From Deltaproteobacteria bacterium (GTDB lineage Bacteria > Myxococcota_A > Polyangia > Polyangiales > Houyiibacteriaceae), in contig JAXMNT010000001.1 in assembly GCA_034670305.1 (NCBI GenBank), positions 288,001 through 352,000 on the forward strand: a stretch of DNA of 64,000 nucleotides, read 5' to 3'. The notes below the pieces were generated by a model. It was given only the letters and a program-made list of their open reading frames with translations, had not been told where the DNA came from and made no database searches. Each line of letters begins with the position of its first letter. Within the stretch, counting starts at the first letter, position 1. Positions 10,529-20,419 of the stretch are shown piece by piece. Both the position numbers and the translations under genes were made by a program.

Positions 10529-10885
10529 TCAGCGGTCAGATCGCTTGATCAGCGCGACGAGCATCGCGACGACCTGCTCAAGGTGGGCGAGAGCCTGTTC
10601 GATATTTCTTGGGGGCACAGCCCCCAAACCCCGTCCCGGTGACACCGCTGGCTCGCTTCGCGAGGCTGCACGCTGTCGAATATCGGGCCTCGATGCCTCG
10701 GCCGACGGTCCGTGATTTCGAGCCAGGAGACGACCTCGATCGCGGAGCGCCGGGACATCCGATAGAAGCGGGCCTTCTCCTTGGGACTGAACTCGCCTGC
10801 GCCCTCGGCGATGTTGGCGACGACGGAAGTCGCAGCGCGATCGATCTGGTCTCGGAGGTGAGCACGGCCTCGCGGGAGGCGGACG
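10529..10885 (-). pseudogene. Four-helix-bundle (23S rRNA IVP/Avd-like family) gene fragment, 5'-truncated, frameshifted and interrupted
   Basis: LPRGRAHLRDQIDRAATSVVANIAEGAGEFSPKEKARFYRMSRRSAIEVVSWLEI in one frame and IEQALAHLEQVVAMLVALIKRS in another; 74-bp insertion at 10606-10679. Confidence 0.8.
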
Positions 10886-10892
10886 CACGACA

Positions 10893-10963
10893 CAGTTCGC
10901 CGCCTGGCCGGCGCCGCATACAACCTCCTACGCGTCGCGCGGCTGCGGAGCTGCGCCGCGTAG
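10893..10963 (+). pseudogene. C-terminal remnant of an IS5-family DDE transposase
   Basis: Combining this copy with 31420-31492 reconstructs QFAAYLAGAAYNLLRVARLRSCAA*, resembling the AAYNLxR C-terminus of IS5-type transposases; lies upstream of the right TIR. Confidence 0.6.
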
Positions 10964-11110
10964 CACCGACCGATGCCCGGCGGCTTCGTCCCGCTGGGCA
11001 TCGGGCTCCGATTCGCGGCCTCGCCGTCGCGAAACACACGGCGTCCACGACGCGGGCAAGGGCACGGGCAAGGGCAACGGCAAGGGAGCAGGTCGCTTTT
11101 CAGCACCCTG

Positions 11111-11845
11111 CTAGAAGCCGACGCGGCGCATGACGGCTCGGGGGAGGTGGCGGATGACCGTCATCACCAGCCTCCAGGGCGCGGGCGCGTAGACGACGGG
11201 GTCGCCGCGATCGATGGCGCCGAGCACCGTCTTGGCCACGTCGTCGGCTTCTCCGGCGAAGGGTGGCGGCTTCAGGCCCGCGGTCATCGGCGTCTTCACG
11301 AAGCCGGGTTTCACGGTCACGACCCGCAGTCCCTGCGAGCGGAACTTGTGGTCGAGGCCCTCGAGGTAGGCGGTCAACCCCGCTTTGCTCGCGCCGTAGA
11401 TGATCACGGGTTTGCGCCCGCGCTCGCCCGCGACGCTGCTGAATGCGCACAGGGTGCCGCCGCCATCTTCGAGGAGGCGAAGTCGCGCCGCTTCACAGAA
11501 GACCACGGTGTTCGTGAAGTTCACCCGCGTCAGTCGTTCCGCGAGCGCCGGGTCCGCTTCCAGCTCGTCCTGCGAGGCGAAGAGCCCCGCGGTGACCACG
11601 ACCGTGTCGACCTTGCCGAGCGACTCCCACGCGGCGTCGAGCGCGTCGGCGAATCCTTCGGGGGCTTCCAGATCGCAGCGGTGGTGCCCGACCAAGGGCG
11701 CGCCGCGCACCTCGAGATCCCGGGCGGTGTCGGCCAGCGTGGCGCTCGTGCGACCGAGCAAGAAGAGCGAGTCGCCGCGTGCGGCCATGCGACGCGCCAG
11801 CGCCTGTCCCATTCCACCCGTGGCACCCAAGAAGACGACGTTCAT
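11111..11845 (-). CDS. Short-chain dehydrogenase/reductase (DprE2-like subfamily)
   Basis: GATGGMG Rossmann motif, FSSVAGERG, YGASK, KPGFVKTPMT. Confidence 0.9.
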   Translation of the reverse strand: MNVVFLGATGGMGQALARRMAARGDSLFLLGRTSATLADTARDLEVRGAPLVGHHRCDLEAPEGFADALDAAWESLGKVDTVVVTAGLFASQDELEADPALAERLTRVNFTNTVVFCEAARLRLLEDGGGTLCAFSSVAGERGRKPVIIYGASKAGLTAYLEGLDHKFRSQGLRVVTVKPGFVKTPMTAGLKPPPFAGEADDVAKTVLGAIDRGDPVVYAPAPWRLVMTVIRHLPRAVMRRVGF

Positions 11846-11941
11846 GAGCGCGGTCTAGCAGGCTCGCGCGAAAGGGCGACTGCCGCGCGGAGTTGCGGCT
11901 CGGCGCAACTGCTGGGACGCTGTTCGTTTGGGAGGGTTCTT

Positions 11942-12847
11942 GTGAAGCACTTGGTTTGTCTTGTTCTGGTGTTTGGGGTGGCGTGCGGCGACGACGACGT
12001 GCCGACGGAAGACGCGGGCGCGGACGCTGCGACGTCCGATGTGGGCGCGGATGCGCCGGCGATCGATGCGCCGGTGGACGCGTGCGGATGCCCAGCGCCG
12101 GGGCCCAGCTGCTTCTACGCCGAACCCTGCGCGTGTGATTCGTTGGTCTGCGGCCACGACGCCGCCATGCCTCCGATCGACGGCGGTCCCGAAGACGGCG
12201 GTGGGGTCGACGCCTGCATGCCGCCTCCGTGCGCCCCGCCCCCCGATGGCTGCCGCTACGTGACGGACGACCCGTGCAACGAATGCGGCGACCTCGTGTG
12301 CGAGTGCACCGAAGACGAAGACTGTGCGCCCGACGGATTCTGCCGCGCGGTCGATGCCGACGTGTCCTCACGCGAGTGCCACGGTTGGGCCCAGGAGCGA
12401 GACCGGTGCGGTGGTTTTGTACTGCCCCATCATGAGGAACGCTGTGACCCCGTGCTCGGCTGTTTCTCCGATCCCCGCATCGCGGATGCGCCCGGCAGCT
12501 GCGCACTCCCGGCCGAAGTCAGAGACCTGGTGGAGAGCGAAGATCCTTTCATCGGTCACTTCATCGCGGCGACCGGCGGCGTGATCGAGGTGCTCAACCG
12601 CGGCTGCACCCGGCGGGCGTGCACCGAAGAGATGCCGTGCTGCAACGATTGCAACGGCGTTCAAGTCCTCTCGGTGGAAGGCGGCTCCGTGCCGCTGCTG
12701 CATCCCGATGGCACGCCATACACCTGCACCGGCAACGAGTGCGAGTGGACCTCGTGCGACACCGAACCCGGCCCCAACTTCACGGTGGTCGGCGACTACG
12801 ACGGAGACGGGCTGCGGGTGACGTCGATCTTCGGCCGCGGATTCTGA
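11942..12847 (+). CDS. Cysteine-rich lipoprotein
   Basis: GGGAGG upstream, GTG start, lipobox FGVAC, DAG-rich linker, many paired Cys. Confidence 0.8.
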   Translation: MKHLVCLVLVFGVACGDDDVPTEDAGADAATSDVGADAPAIDAPVDACGCPAPGPSCFYAEPCACDSLVCGHDAAMPPIDGGPEDGGGVDACMPPPCAPPPDGCRYVTDDPCNECGDLVCECTEDEDCAPDGFCRAVDADVSSRECHGWAQERDRCGGFVLPHHEERCDPVLGCFSDPRIADAPGSCALPAEVRDLVESEDPFIGHFIAATGGVIEVLNRGCTRRACTEEMPCCNDCNGVQVLSVEGGSVPLLHPDGTPYTCTGNECEWTSCDTEPGPNFTVVGDYDGDGLRVTSIFGRGF

Positions 12848-12854
12848 CCGGAGC

Positions 12855-12990
12855 TTCGGGTTCGGAGTCGGCTTCGGGTTCGGCGTCGGCTTCGGCTACG
12901 GCGTCGGCTTCGGCTTCGGCGTCGGCGTCGGCTTCGGCTGCGGCGTCGGCTTCGGCGTCGGAGTCGGAGTCGGAGTCGGCTTCGGCTTGG
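12855..12990. repeat. Degenerate hexamer tandem array (TCGGCT/TCGGCG/TCGGAG)
   Basis: About 22 consecutive 6-nt units between convergent genes. Confidence 0.9.
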
Positions 12991-13028
12991 GTTCCCGAAG
13001 GCTCCCGAACTCTCTCCTCAACGAAGAA

Positions 13029-13056
13029 CGCGCCCGCGAAGTGCTTCGCAGGCGCG
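13029..13056 (-). terminator. Probable intrinsic terminator of metK
   Basis: GC-rich stem CGCGCCTGCGAAG/CTTCGCGGGCGCG followed by TTCTTC on minus strand just after metK stop. Confidence 0.55.
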
Positions 13057-13078
13057 CCGTTCGGGTTCGGGCCGTCGG

Positions 13079-14344
13079 TCAGTTCGCGGTGGCGGACTTG
13101 GCCTTCGAGCGCTTGCTCTTCTTTTTGGCGGCCTTCTTGGCCTTCTTCGGTGCGCCGTTCGCAGCGCCGTTGGCCTTGGCCTTCGGCATCAGCGCCTCGG
13201 CGAGCTCCTCGGCGCGGTCCGTCTTCTCCCAGGTGAACGACTTCTCGGTGCGGCCGAAGTGGCCGTACGCGGCGGTCGGGGAGTAGATCGGGCGCAGTAG
13301 GTCGAGCGTCTCGATGATCGCGCCCGGGCGGAAGTCGAACATCCCCTGCACGACCTTGGCGATCTTCGCGTCGCTGACGACGCCGGTGCCGAACGTCGTG
13401 ACGTACACGCCCATGGGCTTGCTGACGCCGATGGCGTAGGCGACCTGGACCTCGCAGCGGCGCGCGAGTTTGGCTTTCACGATGTTCTTCGCGACGTAGC
13501 GGGCGAAGTACGCCGCGCTGCGGTCGACCTTCGACGGGTCCTTGCCCGAGAACGCGCCGCCGCCGTGGCGACCCATGCCGCCGTACGTGTCCACGATGAT
13601 CTTGCGACCGGTGAGCCCTGCGTCGCCGCACGGTCCGCCGATGACGAAACGACCGGTCGGGTTCACATGGAACTTGGTGCGTCGGTCGACCATCTTCTTC
13701 GGCAGCATCGGAAGAATGACGTGCTCGATGATCTCGCTCTTGAGCGTGCGGTGCGAGACCCCTTCGGCGTGCTGCGAAGAGACCACGACCGCGTCGATGC
13801 GGAAGGGTTTGTCGTCGCGGTACTCGACCGTGACCTGGCTCTTGCCGTCGGGCCGGAGGTACTCGAGCGTGCCGTCCTTGCGGACCTTCGACAGGCGCTT
13901 GGTGAGCTTGTGCGAGAGGTCGATCGGCATCGGCATCAAGTTGCGCGTCTCATCGACCGCGAAGCCGAACATCAGGCCCTGATCGCCCGCGCCCTGGTCC
14001 TTGTCGATGCCCGCGCCGACGTCCACGCCCTGCGAGATGTCGGGGCTCTGCTCTTCGACGGCCGAGAGCACCGCGCAGGTGTCGGCGTCGAAGCCCATGC
14101 CGCTGCTCGTGTAGCCGATCTTGCGGATCGTCTCGCGGACGATGGCCGGGATGTTCACCCACGTCTTCGTCGTGATCTCGCCGGCGACGATCGCGTAGCC
14201 GGTCTTGACCATGGTCTCGCACGCAACGCGCGAGGAGGGGTCGTCTTTGAGGCAGGCATCCAGGACCGCGTCGCTGATCGCGTCGCAAATTTTGTCGGGA
14301 TGTCCTTCGGTGACGGACTCGGAGGTGAAGAGTTGGCCGGCCAT
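13079..14344 (-). CDS. metK: S-adenosylmethionine synthetase
   Basis: [51 protein letters not shown]. Confidence 0.98.
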   Translation of the reverse strand: MAGQLFTSESVTEGHPDKICDAISDAVLDACLKDDPSSRVACETMVKTGYAIVAGEITTKTWVNIPAIVRETIRKIGYTSSGMGFDADTCAVLSAVEEQSPDISQGVDVGAGIDKDQGAGDQGLMFGFAVDETRNLMPMPIDLSHKLTKRLSKVRKDGTLEYLRPDGKSQVTVEYRDDKPFRIDAVVVSSQHAEGVSHRTLKSEIIEHVILPMLPKKMVDRRTKFHVNPTGRFVIGGPCGDAGLTGRKIIVDTYGGMGRHGGGAFSGKDPSKVDRSAAYFARYVAKNIVKAKLARRCEVQVAYAIGVSKPMGVYVTTFGTGVVSDAKIAKVVQGMFDFRPGAIIETLDLLRPIYSPTAAYGHFGRTEKSFTWEKTDRAEELAEALMPKAKANGAANGAPKKAKKAAKKKSKRSKAKSATAN

Positions 14345-14496
14345 GTTGTTTCCTTGTTCGTTCGGCGTGTCTGGTCGGCTCGGGTTCGAGCCGCGTCGTT
14401 GTCGCAGGCTGCGGGGCGCGTGGTTCGCGGCGGGCAGCGGGGTTGCAGCGCGGGGAATAGTCGCAGCCGACTCACACTGCAACCGCCCGGCTCGGC

Positions 14497-16323
14497 TCAG
14501 AGCGCGTCTTCGGCTGCTTCTTGTCGGAGGACGTCGGCCCAGCGGATCCAGGCGCTGCCGCCGTGCTGCACGAAGTCGTTGCGACAGCTCAGATCCACGG
14601 GGGATCCGGGCATGCCGCCGTGTGCGCCCACCGGGTCGGCCAGGAGATGGGTCGGTCCCGGTGCCCAGCGCCACCGCAGGAGCTGTCCGAGGCCACGCTC
14701 GATCAGCGCCCGCACCTCGGTGGTGTCGTGTCCGTGGTGTTTCATCAGGAGGTAGGTGTTGATGAAGGCTTCGGTCCGCGAGCCCACCGGCGTCAGGCGC
14801 GGCACGATGACCGGGCCAGCGCCGTACCCGCCTTCGACCCGCCACGGGGTCTCGCCTTCGCGGTACTGGAGCTCGTCGTTGAAGCCGAACCAGCGCTCGC
14901 AGAAGTCCACGGCTTCAGGAGAATCGACCCGTCCGCGTGCTTCGCCCGCCGCGATGCAGGTCCAGTGTTCTTCGCCGTAGTAATAACGGCTGCCGAGGAA
15001 GTCCCAGCCCGAGCCAGTGAGGTGGCCCATCAGGACCCGCGCCGCTTCGAGGTTCGCTTCGTCGCCGAGCACCTCGTGCGCCTTGAGCAGCGCGAACGCC
15101 GCCTCGCCGCTGTAGTACATGTGCTGCACATCGATCGGTTCCTGTTCGCGCAGGTCGTACTCGTGCATGAGCTCGCCGTCGTCGCGTTGCTGCGCGCGAA
15201 TGAACCCTGTGAGTCCGACCACGAGTTCCCGCGCAACCGGGTCGTCGTCCTTGGCGAGCACCTCCGCGGCGGCCACGACCGTGAGCGCCGCCGAGCCGAT
15301 GTCGGCGCGACCGAACGACTCGACGCACGGGTGTTCCCCACAGCGGCGCAGCTTGTGCCGCTGGATCCACCGCAGGGCGCGCAGCGCACCCGACCGCGCC
15401 GCGGGCATGCCGTGCAGGCGATCCACCTGCGCAATGAAGTAGGTCGTGCCGCTGTGCCGCGGGATGTTGTACGGCTCGAGGCGTTCGGTGCCGGTGGTGC
15501 CGTCCCACACGTAGGTCCACCGCCCGTCCCGGTGTTGGTGCCGCAGCAAGAACGTCGCCCCATCGACCGACGCCGCGCGCAGGTTCTCTTCGGTGACCGC
15601 TTCGTCGCGTGGGTACTCGGACTCCGCGATCGTGTGCGAGCGGACCCGCCACACGTCTCCGTCCGACAGCAGCGTCTCCCGATCGGTGCCGAGCGTACGC
15701 GCCAGCCGACCGAGCAGACCCGGTACCGGCGCGCCGAAGGCGAGGTCGGGAATCGGCGTGGTCACGCCACCGTCGTATGCGCTGCCCGAGCGCAGTTCCT
15801 CCGGCATGAGGTAGGCCTCTTCGTCCTCGAAGCGGGCCCCGAGCCCTTCTTGCAGGGGTACGAGTCCGAGTTCGGTGACCCAGGGCAGGTCCGGCACGAG
15901 CGGGCCGGTGCCGAGCGGGACCTCGACGGTGAACCGCATCCGCCGCGAGTCCTCGACCGCGGCCCAGGACTCGAGCTCGTGAAGGGCGTCGTCCGACGCG
16001 AACGCCTCGATGGCGGCGTGCACCGATTCGACCAGCGTGCCGCGGTGGGCGAACGTTCGGATCGCGACGCCGTGGTGCCACGCCGTGACGACGATCGCGG
16101 CCCGCCAGTCGTGGTCGTCGGCGGGGGGTTGCCAATCGCCCGGCGCATCCGCGCGGGGTTGGCCGAGCCGCCCCGCGTCGAGCTCCTCGATCGCCCAGGC
16201 GCCGAGCTCGGCCGAAGGTGGTTCGACGGGGTCGATGTGGGTGTTGCAGTGCGCCCCCGTGGTCACCAGCGCGACGAGGCCGAGCGCGCCGAAGACGCTG
16301 CGCACGAAGCGGCGCCGAGTCAT
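14497..16323 (-). CDS. Exported hypothetical protein with AMMECR1-like N-half and alpha/alpha-toroid-like C-half
   Basis: TRRRFV twin-arginine-like N-terminus; [27 protein letters not shown] helical-repeat motifs; domain labels by resemblance only. Confidence 0.6.
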   Translation of the reverse strand: MTRRRFVRSVFGALGLVALVTTGAHCNTHIDPVEPPSAELGAWAIEELDAGRLGQPRADAPGDWQPPADDHDWRAAIVVTAWHHGVAIRTFAHRGTLVESVHAAIEAFASDDALHELESWAAVEDSRRMRFTVEVPLGTGPLVPDLPWVTELGLVPLQEGLGARFEDEEAYLMPEELRSGSAYDGGVTTPIPDLAFGAPVPGLLGRLARTLGTDRETLLSDGDVWRVRSHTIAESEYPRDEAVTEENLRAASVDGATFLLRHQHRDGRWTYVWDGTTGTERLEPYNIPRHSGTTYFIAQVDRLHGMPAARSGALRALRWIQRHKLRRCGEHPCVESFGRADIGSAALTVVAAAEVLAKDDDPVARELVVGLTGFIRAQQRDDGELMHEYDLREQEPIDVQHMYYSGEAAFALLKAHEVLGDEANLEAARVLMGHLTGSGWDFLGSRYYYGEEHWTCIAAGEARGRVDSPEAVDFCERWFGFNDELQYREGETPWRVEGGYGAGPVIVPRLTPVGSRTEAFINTYLLMKHHGHDTTEVRALIERGLGQLLRWRWAPGPTHLLADPVGAHGGMPGSPVDLSCRNDFVQHGGSAWIRWADVLRQEAAEDAL

Positions 16324-16898
16324 TGTTCTTCGCCCGAACCCGTCGACTTCGACTTCGACTTCGACTTCGATTCCGACTTCGACTTCGACTTCGGTTCCGG
16401 CTCAGGCTTCTTCTTGGGCACGTTCCGCCGCGGTCGGGGTTTGTCGACCGCGACCGGTGCGTCGGGCTTCGGTGCGTTCCGGGCGGGCAGCAGGAAGTAC
16501 ACCTGCGCGGCGGGAAACACGATGAGGTAGGGGAGGAGCAGCGCGGCGACGATCGCCAGGATGGTGGCGCCGCCCATGCCGACCGGACCGTAGAGCCCAC
16601 TGAGGCTGCCCACCGTGTAGCCCAGCGCGGTCACGAAGCAGAGCCCCACCACGAGCGTCAGCGAGGCGACGTAGAGCGCGACCTTTTCTGCCCACGGCTG
16701 CTGGGTCAGGAGCCCCACGCCGCTCGCGGCGAGCAACATCGCCAGCAACGTGAACCCGGCGTCGATCGGCATCCATCGGGCGGGCAGGGCGATCCAGACG
16801 CATCCGAGCATGAAGACGGCACCGAGCACGTCGAGCGCACCCATGACAGTACGCTTCTGGGCCGGGCGCTCGGGCGGATTCTGAGGCTCTTTGGTCAT
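16320..16898 (-). CDS. Hypothetical four-TM membrane protein with (KS)n tail
   Basis: Four hydrophobic segments; stop overlaps next ATG; tail encoded by GAAGTC repeats. Confidence 0.7.
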   Translation of the reverse strand: MTKEPQNPPERPAQKRTVMGALDVLGAVFMLGCVWIALPARWMPIDAGFTLLAMLLAASGVGLLTQQPWAEKVALYVASLTLVVGLCFVTALGYTVGSLSGLYGPVGMGGATILAIVAALLLPYLIVFPAAQVYFLLPARNAPKPDAPVAVDKPRPRRNVPKKKPEPEPKSKSKSESKSKSKSKSTGSGEEQ

Positions 16899-16967
16899 CG
16901 AGCGCGGGACACTAGTACAAGCGGTGCGAACTTCGTACCCGCGGGCACGGCTCCGCCACGGAGCCGG

Positions 16968-17654
16968 TCAGAAGCGGGTGCGCGCGTTGTGGGCGGCTTC
17001 GGGGCCGACCCGCAGGAACTCGTAGTAGTGCCCGAGCACCCGGCGCACGTAGCGCTGGGTCTCGGCGTAGGGCGGAATGCCTTGGTGGCGCATCACGGCG
17101 CCTTCCCCGGCGTTGTACGCCGCGACGGTCAACACGAGGTCGCCGTTGAAGAGGTTCGCCAAGATGCGCAGGTAGCGGGCGCCGCCGAGGATGCTCTGAC
17201 GCGGATCGAAGGGATCGCGCACCCCCATCGAGGCCGCTGTGCGCGGCATCAGCTGCATCAGCCCCATGGCGCCGGCGTGGCTGACGACCGTGTGTACGAA
17301 ATCGCTTTCGACCTTCATGACGGCGCGGATGAAGGCCTCGGGGAGCTGGTAGAGCTGCGCGGCTTCGCGAATGTGGGCGTCGTAGCGGCGGTAGCGGTGG
17401 GGATCGGTGGGGCCGCGGCGGGGCGCGCGGGTGGCCGCGGCGGTTGCCGCAGGGGCGCTGCGCCGGCGCCGCGCGTCGCTCTCGCGGACGAGTACCCGGC
17501 AGTTCTGACCGCGCGCCCGGACGTTCGTGAAGTGCACCGCCCCGTCGGCGCCGCGGCACTCGAAGATGTCGGCGCGGGCGGGGGCTGCCGTCAGGAGCCC
17601 GAGCCCCATCGCGCTGAGGAGCCAGAGGGTCGGTGTGGAGCGGGCGGACAACAT
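16968..17654 (-). CDS. Lytic transglycosylase (SLT domain) with N-terminal DUF4124-like domain
   Basis: AVMKVESDF, SHAGAMGLMQLMP, AAYNAGEG, PPYAETQRYV; ADIFECRGADGAVHFTN. Confidence 0.92.
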   Translation of the reverse strand: MLSARSTPTLWLLSAMGLGLLTAAPARADIFECRGADGAVHFTNVRARGQNCRVLVRESDARRRRSAPAATAAATRAPRRGPTDPHRYRRYDAHIREAAQLYQLPEAFIRAVMKVESDFVHTVVSHAGAMGLMQLMPRTAASMGVRDPFDPRQSILGGARYLRILANLFNGDLVLTVAAYNAGEGAVMRHQGIPPYAETQRYVRRVLGHYYEFLRVGPEAAHNARTRF

Positions 17655-17752
17655 GCGTCGTCCGCAGCCTATCGAGCCTGGGCCGAAGGCGCCAAAAGAC
17701 CGCGAAGCTTGCGATTGCGCCACCGAGCCGACGGATTCATTGTGCCGCCCCC

Positions 17753-18709
17753 ATGAACGCCCCCTCCGCTCCGTCGTTCTTCGAAGGTCCCGAGAAGAAG
17801 CTGGAACTGGCCGTGCTTCCGACCTTTGGATCCCTTCGCGCGCTGGGGGACGACTTCTGGAAGCAAGTGGTCGTGGCCGCCGACGCCCAGGTGCTCTCGA
17901 TCCTGCGGTCGGACGAGTGCGACGCCTATCTCTTGAGCGAGAGCAGCCTCTTCGTGCAGGACGGCTTTCTCACGATGATCACCTGCGGGCGCACCCGGCT
18001 GGTCAACGCGGCCCGGACCATCCTGCAGAAGGTGCCCGCCGACCAGATCGCGCTCGCGATCTACGAGCGGAAGAACGAGCACTTTCCCGAGCGGCAACAC
18101 ACCACCTTCTACGACGACGTCTCGAAGTTGAACGCGCTGCTGCCCGGCCGCGCCCTTCGGTTCGGCGACGAACACGATCACCACATCCACCTCTTCCACT
18201 CGACCCGCCCGTTCGTGCCGGACGGACTCGACACGACCCTCGAGATCCTGATGCACGGCATGCCGCAAGAGACCGCGGACCTGTACGTCGGGGCCTCGGG
18301 CGCACTCGCCGAGTCCACCGGCATCGCCGCGATCCTTCCCGGCTTCGAGATCGACGAACACGTCTTCGAACCGGCCGGCTACTCGATGAATGCGCTGCGC
18401 GGCGCGAACTACGCCACCGTGCACGTCACCCCGGAGACGATCGGCTCTTACGTCAGCTTCGAGACCAATGTGGACTGGCGCGGTCGCTTGCCCGAGCTCG
18501 TGCGCCAGGTCGTGGACGTCTACCGCCCGCGCAGTTTCGACGTGGTCGCCTTCGCGCCGAGCGGCGCAGACGATGAGCGCCTCGGCCTCGAGCGCCACCG
18601 CATCAAAGACCATGTCCGCACCGAGCTCGCCGGCTACCAAGTCGACTTCTGGCACTGCTACGAGCAGCTGAAGGACGCCCGCGACCCGGTCGAGCTGGCC
18701 ATCGGCTAG
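17753..18709 (+). CDS. speD: S-adenosylmethionine decarboxylase proenzyme, eukaryote-type (class 2)
   Basis: [21 protein letters not shown] (E-S self-cleavage site), [24 protein letters not shown]; 318 aa. Confidence 0.9.
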   Translation: MNAPSAPSFFEGPEKKLELAVLPTFGSLRALGDDFWKQVVVAADAQVLSILRSDECDAYLLSESSLFVQDGFLTMITCGRTRLVNAARTILQKVPADQIALAIYERKNEHFPERQHTTFYDDVSKLNALLPGRALRFGDEHDHHIHLFHSTRPFVPDGLDTTLEILMHGMPQETADLYVGASGALAESTGIAAILPGFEIDEHVFEPAGYSMNALRGANYATVHVTPETIGSYVSFETNVDWRGRLPELVRQVVDVYRPRSFDVVAFAPSGADDERLGLERHRIKDHVRTELAGYQVDFWHCYEQLKDARDPVELAIG

Positions 18710-18721
18710 ACGAAGGAAGCT

Positions 18722-19018
18722 CGGAAGCGGAAGCAGACGCGGAAGCAGAAGCAGAAGCGGAAGCGGAAGCGGAAGCGGAAGCAGAAGCGGAAGCGGAAGC
18801 GGAAGCGGAAGCGGAAGCGGATTCGGGATCGGATTCGGGATCGGCTTCGGCTTCGGGATCGGCTTCGGGATCGGCTTCGGCTTCGGGATCGGCTTCGGCT
18901 TCGGCTTCGGGATCGGCTTCGGCTTCGGGATCGGCTTCGGCTTCGGCTTCGGGATCGGCTTCGGCTTCGGCTTCGGGCTCCTCGGGGCACGGGCACGGGC
19001 ACCGGCAAGGGCAAGGGG
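18722..19018. repeat. Composite hexamer array: (GCGGAA/GCAGAA)n + (TTCGGC/ATCGGC/TTCGGG)n + (GGGCAC/GGGCAA)n
   Basis: Three abutting blocks of 6-nt units directly after the SAMDC stop codon. Confidence 0.92.
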
Positions 19019-19068
19019 CCTTGCGGCCAGCCTTTGACGCCTGTGCACCCGTACTCCATATCCTCTCG

Positions 19069-20172
19069 ATGGCCCTCTCTCTCGAAGAAGCGACCACCCT
19101 GATCGGCGAGGTCGTCGACCCCACGTTCGAGCGCACGCTCGCCGCCCTCGGCACGTTGTCCGACGTCGCGATCGACGGCGCGCGCGTGAACTGCACCGTC
19201 CAGCTCAGCTCGCCCTCGGAACCGATCCGCGTGAAGGTGAAGGCCGCGATCGAAGCCAAGCTCGCGCCGCACGGAGTGGACTTCGTCGAGGTGGAATGGA
19301 GAGTGCGCGTGCCGACGCGCGAGGCCGTGAGCGGCGATCCCATCCCGGACGTGCGCAACGTCATCCTGGTGATGAGTGGCAAGGGCGGCGTCGGCAAGAG
19401 CACGGTCGCGACCAACCTCGCGCTCGCGCTGCGGCGCGCGGGCACGCGGGTCGGATTGCTCGACGCGGATCTCTACGGGCCGTCCCTGCCGACCATGCTC
19501 GGCATCCAGGGCCAGCCGAGCAGCCCCGACGGCAAACGCATCACGCCGCTGCAACGGTTCGGCCTGAAGCTGATGAGCATCGGGTTTCTGCTCGAGGATC
19601 CGAAGCAGGCCGTCATCTGGCGCGGCCCGATGCTGCACGGTGCACTGCAGCAGTTCATCTCGGACGTGGACTGGGGCGAACTCGACTACCTCGTGATCGA
19701 TCTCCCGCCGGGCACCGGCGACGTGGCGCTCACACTTGCGCAGAAGATGCGCGTGACCGGCGTCGTGATGGTCACCACCCCCCAAGAGGTCGCACTGGCC
19801 GACGTCTACAAGGGCGTCTCGATGTGCAAGAAGCTCAACCTACCGATCGTCGGTGTGGTGGAGAACATGAGCTGGTTCGTGGACAGCGCCGGCGTGAAGC
19901 ACGAGATCTTCGGCGCCGGCGGCGGCGCCAAGATCGCCGAGGCCTGCGACGCGCCTTTGCTCGGCCAAATCCCCATGCACACCGATGTGCGCGAATGGGG
20001 CGACAAAGGCACGCCCATCGTCCAGGCCGACCCGGGCGGCACCGCCGGCCTCGCCTTCGCGGCCATCGCGGAAGCCTTGGCGGACCGCATCGCCGCCCTT
20101 CACTTCGCCGCCACCGAGAGCGAAAAGGCCCCGCGCGCAGACGGCCGCAAGCGACTGAAGATCCTGCGCTAG
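19069..20172 (+). CDS. mrp: Mrp/NBP35 (ApbC) Fe-S cluster carrier ATPase
   Basis: [39 protein letters not shown]. Confidence 0.95.
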   Translation: MALSLEEATTLIGEVVDPTFERTLAALGTLSDVAIDGARVNCTVQLSSPSEPIRVKVKAAIEAKLAPHGVDFVEVEWRVRVPTREAVSGDPIPDVRNVILVMSGKGGVGKSTVATNLALALRRAGTRVGLLDADLYGPSLPTMLGIQGQPSSPDGKRITPLQRFGLKLMSIGFLLEDPKQAVIWRGPMLHGALQQFISDVDWGELDYLVIDLPPGTGDVALTLAQKMRVTGVVMVTTPQEVALADVYKGVSMCKKLNLPIVGVVENMSWFVDSAGVKHEIFGAGGGAKIAEACDAPLLGQIPMHTDVREWGDKGTPIVQADPGGTAGLAFAAIAEALADRIAALHFAATESEKAPRADGRKRLKILR

Positions 20173-20385
20173 CAGACGGCCGAAGGCCGGCCTGCTCCCT
20201 TGCCCCTGCCCTTGCCCCTGCCCTTGCCCTTGGTTCGCTGGGGGGCATCGGCGTCGGCGTCGGCGTCGGCTTCGGCGTCGGCGTTGGCGTCGGCTCCGGC
20301 GTTGGCGTCGGCTTCGGCTCCGGCTTCGGCTTCGGCGTCGGATTCGTGTGATCGGGCACGGGCACGGGCACGGGCACGGGCCCTT
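20169..20385. repeat. Composite hexamer array with MITE-like left end: (CCCTTG/CCCCTG)n + (GGCGTC/GGCTTC)n + (GGGCAC)n
   Basis: Starts CTAGCAG at the Mrp stop; CCTGCTCCCTTGCC matches the MITE subterminal sequence. Confidence 0.88.
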
Positions 20386-20419
20386 CGGCTTCAGCGCCGC
20401 CGCTTCGCTGCGTGCCGCC

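Larger units (their letters stand above)
10445..11114. mobile_element. IS5-like non-autonomous fold-back element (MITE) with CTAG direct repeats
   Basis: CTAG at 10445-10448 and 11111-11114; TIR CAGGCTGCTGAAGA versus CAGGGTGCTGAAAA; about 45-bp subterminal inverted hexamer arrays. Confidence 0.8.

Noticed and set aside
10529-10885. Diversity-generating retroelement (Avd-like gene)
   Set aside because: No reverse transcriptase and no TR/VR pair with adenine-specific mismatches in the window; the gene is a fragment.
11855-11915. CTAGCAGGCT as another MITE end
   Set aside because: The match is only about 10 nt, with no convincing partner TIR or array; it overlaps the likely -10 element of the SDR gene.
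14345-14496. SAM riboswitch upstream of metK
   Set aside because: No SAM-I/II/SAM-SAH consensus was recognisable by eye; an Rfam scan would be needed to exclude it fully.
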